Part shown: positions 35,901 to 64,000 of the stretch, one piece after another
How positions within the stretch are numbered: the first letter of the stretch is position 1
Layout of the letters: each line of letters starts with the position of its first letter
Assembly (NCBI GenBank): GCA_002633005.1
Contig: NMRA01000059.1
Span: forward strand, 1,141,133-1,205,132
Direction: 5' to 3'
Source of the DNA: Phoronis australis
Lineage: Eukaryota > Animalia > Phoronida
Length of the DNA: 64,000 nucleotides
The notes under the pieces: model-generated
Databases searched by the model: none
What the model was told of the DNA's origin: nothing
The model's input: the letters and a program-made list of their open reading frames with translations, nothing else
Position numbers and translations under genes: made by a program

Positions 35901-37639
35901 TCATTAAATATTCCTAAAATACATGCAGCTTGACTTTTACTACTTATCAGAAAATTAAAACTTAAATTGTTCAGGATATCAGTTGTTTTTATAGTTGCTA
36001 AATGTTCTGTTGTAGAATTCATCAGGGCCAGATAACAGCCAATCAGATGTTACTTCCTGTGTTGGACAAACTGCGGAAAGGGACCAGCGAACAAGTGAAC
36101 GAACTTAGGGTAGGTGTATTTTATCAGAGATTGGTATGGTAGGATAATGGTATGAAATTTACTTGAAGTTAAATGCTGTAGGATAATGGTATGAAATTTA
36201 CATGAAGTTAAATGTTGTAGGATAATGGTATGAAATTTACATGAAGTTAAATGTTGTAGGATAATGGTATGAAATTTACATGAAGTTAAATGTTGTAGGA
36301 TAATGGTATGAAATTTACATGAAGTTAAATGTTGCCATATCAGATATGACGCATCCAACCTGTTCCAAAAACATCCGAGTCTATCCTAAACTCTTGATGA
36401 AATGTGCTGAGAATTGACCAAAACTTGCATTGAATGAGATACCTTCCATAGTGTCCTTACTCGGGTTTTATTGTGTTTTCAAACATTTATTCGATTCGTT
36501 CTCTGTTTAAGCATGCTGTGTAAAAGTTTTTGAGAATGTAGTTAGAACTATCATGTNNNNNNNNNNNNNNNNNNNNNNNNNNNNNNNNNNNNNNNNNNNN
36601 NNNNNNNNNNNNNNNNNNNNNNNNNNNNNNNNNNNNNNNNNNNNNNNNNNNNNNNNNNNNNNNNNNNNNNNNNNNNNNNNNNNNNNNNNNNNNNNNNNNN
36701 NNNNNNNNNNNNNNNNNNNNNNNNNNNNNNNNNNNNNNNNNNNNNNNNNNNNNNNNNNNNNNNNNNNNNNNNNNNNNNNNNNNNNNNNNNNNNNNNNNNN
36801 NNNNNNNNNNNNNNNNNNNNNNNNNNNNNNNNNNNNNNNNNNNNNNNNNNNNNNNNNNNNNNNNNNNNNNNNNNNNNNNNNNNNNNNNNNNNNNNNNNNN
36901 NNNNNNNNNNNNNNNNNNNNNNNNNNNNNNNNNNNNNNNNNNNNNNNNNNNNNNNNNNNNNNNNNNNNNNNNNNNNNNNNNNNNNNNNNNNNNNNNNNNN
37001 NNNNNNNNNNNNNNNNNNNNNNNNNNNNNNNNNNNNNNNNNNNNNNNNNNNNNNNNNNNNNNNNNNNNNNNNNNNNNNNNNNCGCTGATACTAACGCTGA
37101 TACTATCGCTGATACTATCGCTGATACTAACGCTGATACTATCGCTGATACTATCGCTGATACTAACGCTGATACTAACGCTGATACTAACACTGATACT
37201 AACACTGATACTATCACTGATACTATCCCTTTAAATAGTTATCATTACAGCTGATGGTTATTTTCTCTCTTGTTTCTAATAAAATATGGAATAAAAATAA
37301 TACCCTTGAAAACTTTTCCTGTATGGAATGTTGTCAGCCTGTTATGTTCACATCGCAGCCAACTGATAAAACTTAAAAACAACTTCTTGGAAGAGATTTG
37401 TGTTGTTTTGTGATACAATTGGTTTAAACCTTGTCAAATTTTTAGGAAGAAAGTCCTGTAACATTTTTGTATCTTTGTTGTTTCAGGATACAATTGGTTT
37501 CAATCTTGCCGGCCTCAGATTTCTACAGCAGCAAATAGAGACAAAGGAAGAAGTGTCTTTCTTCAAAGATGCAACTGGCAGGTTCAAAACAAAAAAGAAA
37601 AAGGCGAAGAAGCGAGCTATTCTAGCTCTCAAGACGTGA
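11779..37639 (+). CDS. WDR3: WD repeat-containing protein 3 (Utp12/Dip2), spliced gene span with 18 visible coding exons
   Basis: Joined exons give [10 protein letters not shown]...[15 protein letters not shown]...[12 protein letters not shown]...[16 protein letters not shown]...[13 protein letters not shown]...[10 protein letters not shown]...ILALKT*, recognisable as WDR3. All junctions are GT-AG and phase-consistent except 13989->18791. Visible CDS is 2549 nt. Confidence 0.97.
12334..12461. mobile_element. Short foldback MITE
   Basis: cgttcagtagacgctaggacctagctaaaa / ttttagcgaggtcctagcgttactgaacg. Confidence 0.65.
13646..13989 (+). CDS. WDR3: WDR3 exon
   Basis: ttcag|[12 protein letters not shown]...LAVGYEDG...GHKKGVT...[11 protein letters not shown]...YLVT|gtgagc (phase 2 end). 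Confidence 0.95.
14205..14623 (+). mobile_element. Helentron/DINE-1-like element, 3' fragment
   Basis: Closely similar to 20230-20593, including the 3' end ...catttcaacgc..tgttgctc.tgt. Confidence 0.7.
14650..14808. mobile_element. Short TA-flanked MITE
   Basis: tacacgataaaactcgcacaa / ttgtgccagttttaccatacagta. Confidence 0.45.
14847..16512. repeat. 29-bp satellite, about 57 near-identical copies, truncated by 'n' at 16513
   Basis: Unit tgactctagatacaaaaggttgccaaatg; no spacers. Confidence 0.98.
16514..16580. repeat. 19-bp tandem repeat x3.5
   Basis: tgtttcatttgtcacggcg. Confidence 0.9.
16651..17644. mobile_element. Tc1/mariner-pogo-like non-autonomous element
   Basis: TIR TA-ctgtatgtgtcgtaataaccgccca / tgggcggttattatggcgaatacgg-TA; subterminal ataagcgccc repeats. 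Confidence 0.7.
17822..18570. mobile_element. Palindromic non-autonomous element (Crypton-like)
   Basis: Terminal hairpin of about 160 bp centred on gagaccgaaggtct; tttatcccatatg/cgtatgggataaa inverted pair; reverse-complement copy of the hairpin at 27505-27660. Confidence 0.5.
18791..18892 (+). CDS. WDR3: WDR3 exon
   Basis: ttgcag|[34 protein letters not shown]|gtaagt. Confidence 0.92.
19358..20593 (+). mobile_element. Helentron-associated/DINE-1-like element
   Basis: T-rich insertion site, (GTCC)n near the 5' end, repeated ~150-bp subunits with atgaaatttggca, 3' hairpin gggcg-catttcaa-cgccc, end ttgctcttgt. Confidence 0.7.
21169..21266 (+). CDS. WDR3: WDR3 exon
   Basis: ttcag|[32 protein letters not shown]|gtatgt. 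Confidence 0.9.
21433..21584. mobile_element. Short MITE (PIF/Harbinger-like)
   Basis: cagggctggtgagaaccaaactt / aagtttggtggtcacgggtcctg. Confidence 0.55.
21729..21861 (+). CDS. WDR3: WDR3 exon
   Basis: accag|[44 protein letters not shown]|gtaggt. Confidence 0.9.
21920..22750 (+). mobile_element. Degenerate Helentron/DINE-1-like copy interrupted by a hAT MITE
   Basis: Similarity to 19358-20593 on both sides of 22161-22646. Confidence 0.55.
22161..22646 (+). mobile_element. hAT-like MITE, copy 1 (6-bp TSD AATTTT)
   Basis: caatgcttggaat...attccaagccctg; AATTTT on both sides. Confidence 0.85.
22967..23157 (+). CDS. WDR3: WDR3 exon
   Basis: ttccag|[13 protein letters not shown]...[15 protein letters not shown]...KIWN|gttggt. 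Confidence 0.93.
23416..23820. repeat. About 102-bp tandem repeat x4
   Basis: tacacaactacagagtgtagcaaaagtatacattc...gctacatatg. Confidence 0.95.
23832..23976 (+). ncRNA. Pair of hammerhead-ribozyme-like motifs (Penelope-type minimal)
   Basis: CTGAGGA-t-GAGAC(atgca)GTCTC-GAAA-TATA at 23842-23872; second degenerate CTGAAGA-aag-GAGA(ttcg)TTTC-GACA at 23934-23959. Confidence 0.45.
24651..24846 (+). CDS. WDR3: WDR3 exon
   Basis: ttcag|[16 protein letters not shown]...[15 protein letters not shown]|gtataa. Confidence 0.93.
25310..25537 (+). CDS. WDR3: WDR3 exon
   Basis: tgcag|[19 protein letters not shown]...VFFVDTLK|gtaatt. Confidence 0.94.
25618..26123 (+). mobile_element. hAT-like MITE, copy 2 (6-bp TSD TAATGA)
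   Basis: TIR CAGGGCTTGGAAT/ATTCCAAGCCCTG; TAATGA on both sides. Confidence 0.92.
27081..27522. repeat. 32-bp tandem repeat, about 14 copies
   Basis: atgtgatgaatacaaaacttacctcgaagcgt. Confidence 0.97.
27505..27660. mobile_element. Hairpin terminus of the Crypton-like element
   Basis: Reverse complement of 17825-17980. Confidence 0.55.
27921..28078 (+). CDS. WDR3: WDR3 exon
   Basis: ttttcag|[18 protein letters not shown]...[25 protein letters not shown]|gtacat. Confidence 0.95.
28386..28535. repeat. 48-bp tandem repeat x3
   Basis: taaatgcaatgagtgcagtctgaacatatattgggtgaaactgtatca. Confidence 0.95.
28884..29006. repeat. About 58-bp tandem duplication
   Basis: gaaatgaattacacaac...acactctgtttca x2. 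Confidence 0.9.
29270..29440. repeat. 27-bp tandem repeat x6
   Basis: ttattgacactgtgattatgtagaacc. Confidence 0.95.
29465..29576 (+). CDS. WDR3: WDR3 exon
   Basis: ttcag|[37 protein letters not shown]|gtattg. Confidence 0.94.
30211..30345 (+). CDS. WDR3: WDR3 exon
   Basis: cccag|[13 protein letters not shown]...[24 protein letters not shown]|gtttgt. Confidence 0.94.
31081..31128 (+). CDS. WDR3: WDR3 exon
   Basis: ttgcag|[16 protein letters not shown]|gtgagt. Confidence 0.9.
31748..31813 (+). CDS. WDR3: WDR3 exon
   Basis: ttgtag|[22 protein letters not shown]|gtgagt. Confidence 0.92.
32035..32127 (+). CDS. WDR3: WDR3 exon
   Basis: tttttaag|[31 protein letters not shown]|gtgaaa. Confidence 0.92.
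33060..33154 (+). CDS. WDR3: WDR3 exon
   Basis: accag|[31 protein letters not shown]|gtaaac. Confidence 0.92.
33573..33655. repeat. 17-bp tandem repeat x5
   Basis: tttgagcagggtgagcc. Confidence 0.9.
33720..33940. repeat. Degenerate ~28-bp tandem repeat ending at a WDR3 acceptor
   Basis: tatgacctgtgcagactgcaacaatgtg variants. Confidence 0.8.
33941..34069 (+). CDS. WDR3: WDR3 exon (Utp12 C-terminal domain)
   Basis: ttgcag|[18 protein letters not shown]...[11 protein letters not shown]|gtaggt. Confidence 0.93.
34488..34765. repeat. 18-bp tandem repeat, about 15 copies
   Basis: cagtatgacatccactca. Confidence 0.95.
34781..35403. mobile_element. Long foldback MITE (Kolobok-like, TTAA-type end)
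   Basis: About 270-bp imperfect inverted arms; ttgaggtaactgt / acagataccttaa. Confidence 0.7.
36016..36109 (+). CDS. WDR3: WDR3 exon
   Basis: ttgtag|[31 protein letters not shown]|gtaggt. Confidence 0.92.
36139..36334. repeat. 39-bp tandem repeat x5
   Basis: gtaggataatggtatgaaatttacatgaagttaaatgtt. Confidence 0.95.
36557..37082. other. Assembly gap (N run)
   Basis: 526 n. Confidence 0.99.
37083..37227. repeat. 12-bp tandem repeat abutting the gap
   Basis: cgctgatacta(a/t). Confidence 0.95.
37487..37639 (+). CDS. WDR3: WDR3 last coding exon
   Basis: tttcag|[18 protein letters not shown]...FFKDAT...[18 protein letters not shown]. Confidence 0.94.
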   Translation, partial: DTIGFNLAGLRFLQQQIETKEEVSFFKDATGRFKTKKKKAKKRAILALKT

Positions 37640-39332
37640 CCGTTGCCATGTGTCAACAAATTTGTTGCCAAAAGTAAAACGGTGATTCGCACCAGGTGGC
37701 GCTAGTGAATAGCGCCTTGTGCGCTCTCAACGAAACACATGCAAATAGATTTTGTCCATTGAGAATATATTTTATTGTCAGCTTAAATCTTTTGCTAAAG
37801 TGAGTGAATTATTTTCCAGAAATAGTTATGTGGTGTGTAAGACCAAATTCCTGTGTTGTCACTTTCATGAAACTGGCCTCTATGTTTATTTTAAATCGCT
37901 GTGACTGTGTTAGAGAACCGTTTCCTGTGTATGGTCATTGTTTTACTCTTCTCAGGTCGTGATTTTGGGTGTATGCCTCTGTTCCATGCATCAAACCATG
38001 AGTAAGGCCTCTAGGTGCATAACACGATTCGAGTTATTTTGTGTCCTGTTATTGTGATGAGGAAATGTTATCTTGTAATGGTTACTTGTGTACATTCTTG
38101 GTAATGAGGAAGTGTTGTTATGGAAACCTTATTCTTGATTTTCAAGTTTGTGGTGGTGAAAGTCAAACTGATGTGCTGCGGATCTTGTGTTACATTAGCC
38201 AGACTTTAAGGAACTGAAACTTTTATTTTCTGTCGCGACGCTGAAACGAATCTTGATTTAATTAGTAATTGAATTAGAATGATTTGCAATGATGTAGATG
38301 TAAATGTCTATTAAGTAGATTTCTTGGTTGTAGAATTGATTCTAATCATGAATGTTTTGATCCAATTCCTTGGTTCGACTCTGTTGCAGCTGTTACTTGG
38401 CATTTCTGATACTATATTTAGAAAATGTTTTTAACTTTCTAGTCCTCCAATTATAAACCCGTGGGCATGTTTCTGGAAGAGACTATTGGCTTTTGTCTTT
38501 AGGCATAAGGTAGCATTCTGATTACGAATAGCGAAACGTTGATTTTTGTTGTTTGAGTTTCTCGAAACGTTTTCTCTCCTGTATAGTCGAGCGGACTGTG
38601 GATTTGTCTTTTGACTTCGAGTGGTATTCAGATTTTCTGATTTTCGGTCTTAGCCATTTTTAGTGAATCCGGACAAGTCAAGTGTCGACCAATTGTAGCC
38701 GAAAGTCAAAAGTGAGCCGACTCTTCAATAAATGAGCTCAGGTATATTTTCGGAAACACAGGGCTTGTAATGTGTCAACAATATTGAGATGGTATGACAA
38801 ACAATATTAATGGTACTAATGGTATCGTTAAGGTTATTTTGTATGTAAGCCAAAATATGCTGAAATAAATTGTCTCGTTTCTCAAAAAGCCTTGTTTGAC
38901 ACAAATCATTTTGGAAAACCTAACATTGTACCTCCGAATGCATACCCATGGGTATACATTTCGAGGGCCTGTTTATGGAAATTCTTGGTACTTGTGATAT
39001 TGTGGAGCTGATTTTTAAAGAAAATAAAACAACACTTTTAATAAATATAAATTTATGCACTATGATTATCACATTTACACCATTATACAACAGACACTGA
39101 GATGGATGTTTATGCATCTCTTGATCTTAACAAAATACTTCCTTTGAAACTGGCTTGTAACTGTATCATAATGTAGTGGAATGCTCGTTTAGTAGAAATA
39201 AAATGATCCAGTGGTTTGTAAGTAATAATTCAGTAAAAGCCCATTGGGTAAAAATACAACTTTTATATTAATCAAATTGGTTTGAAAACCATTTCCAATG
39301 GTTCACTGTACACGTATGCCTACAATGTCTGC

Positions 39333-39384
39333 AATAAAACAAAATGAACTCGCAACCAAAATATGTAGATACAGAAAATTTATT
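39333..39384. terminator. Opposed polyadenylation signals (AATAAA + at 39333-39338; AATAAA - at 39379-39384)
   Basis: Both hexamers lie between the two convergent stop codons; other + strand AATAAA hexamers occur at about 38727, 38864, 39024, 39040 and 39197. Confidence 0.45.
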
Positions 39385-39547
39385 ACAAATTACGTATTTA
39401 CAATTTTTACACCTTGTCCATTTCACAAATCTCAAAGGTTTTCTGAGGGCTTGCTGAGAACTTGAACTAACCTCAGATGGTGAACATTAAGCGAAGTATT
39501 TTCAAAATTTAACTTCGCTCTGGTGAGAATGTTGCTGTTTCATCGGT

Positions 39548-63044
<23,497 letters not shown>

Positions 63045-63868
63045 CTGGAATGTCAAGTCAAGTGTTTAAGTTGTGCAGCTCTGAATGTATTGATAGAAAA
63101 GATGCGGTTTATAGGGTAATAGGAGCTGAAACGCTTTAAATGGGAAGTTTTAGAAATTTTGGCAACATAGTTCCTAACAGAGGCCCCGAATTTTGATAAT
63201 TAATTTGATGCCAGCTGTTCAGTGGAGAAAACTGATTCTCAGTATGTAGGATCCTTGTAAGTGACTATATATTGCAGAAATTTATGATTTTATTTATGTT
63301 CCAATGGTGAAACTAGCTAGTCCACCAAACTTACAAAGGAACCCTGACCTCACCCTACCAAGGACTACTATTGTGCAAATACATGGTGCGTATGTGCTGG
63401 AAATCTTTCTGCAAGTCTTAAAGCTCAACAAAACATGGGAATTTTGAAAACAACGTGAATGCCAATTTTCCAAACTCAGTCTAACCAGTTTCAAAGAGCA
63501 CAAAGTGTGCCTTCTCTGATGACAGAGCCCCTCCCCCTATCCCCCAACAACCATCAGAGTACATTAAGGTCCTTGGTTCTTGTAATCAAGTAAACAGTCT
63601 CATGCAAGGCTTGATAACATTATATAATATCTGCGTGGTAATACCCAGAACAAAACAGCCCACTGGACACTGAACCAGCTATAACAAAAGATTGGATGTG
63701 AATAGATAGCCCCAGTTTAACAACTATGGTACAATCTTATTTTCTCATTTTTCCATAAAAAATACTGTGATTTTGAAAAAATGTGGCCATTCAAAACAAT
63801 TTTAAAACACACTGAAAAAGAGAACAGACAGTCTTGGCAATCCCCACTTCAGTTCCTAATTGGCGAAA

Positions 63869-64000
63869 ATTTACTGTGACCTGTTTATGGCTGACTATAT
63901 CCAATTTACTATGACCTGTTTATGGCTGACTTTTCCCAATTTAGTGTGACCTGTTTATGGCTGACTATACCCAATTTACTATGACCTGTTTACGGCTGAC
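63869..64000. repeat. 36-bp tandem repeat running off the window end
   Basis: atttactgtgacctgtttatggctgactatacccaa variants. Confidence 0.9.

Noticed and set aside
36507-37254. ORFs of 233-236 aa
   Set aside because: Artefacts of the N gap and the 12-bp repeat.

Overview
Eukaryotic, intron-rich, repeat-rich genomic DNA, most likely from an invertebrate bilaterian. Two spliced genes converge tail-to-tail. (1) WDR3/Utp12 (SSU processome WD40 protein) lies on + with 18 traceable GT-AG coding exons, ATG 11779 to TGA 37639. At least one internal exon (about 90 aa) is missing where a 1.67-kb 29-bp satellite ends at an assembly 'n'. (2) The 3' part of SPAG17/PF6 (ciliary central-pair protein) lies on -, with 24 phase-consistent coding exons from 63044 down to the stop at 39548, plus three candidate symmetric microexons. 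As I recall it, the same convergent WDR3-SPAG17 pair exists at human 1p12, which suggests ancient microsynteny. The upstream region and introns hold many non-autonomous elements: hAT-like elements with 5- and 6-bp TSDs, a MULE-like element with a 9-bp TSD, a Penelope GIY-YIG remnant in inverted arrangement, hammerhead-like motifs, Helentron/DINE-1-like elements carrying arrays of CTCF-like motifs, Kolobok-, Tc1- and Crypton-like MITEs, and a LINE 3' end. There are also many minisatellites, several of which duplicate a real splice site. No CRISPR array, rRNA or intact tRNA was seen. All calls come from manual reading; no database search was run.
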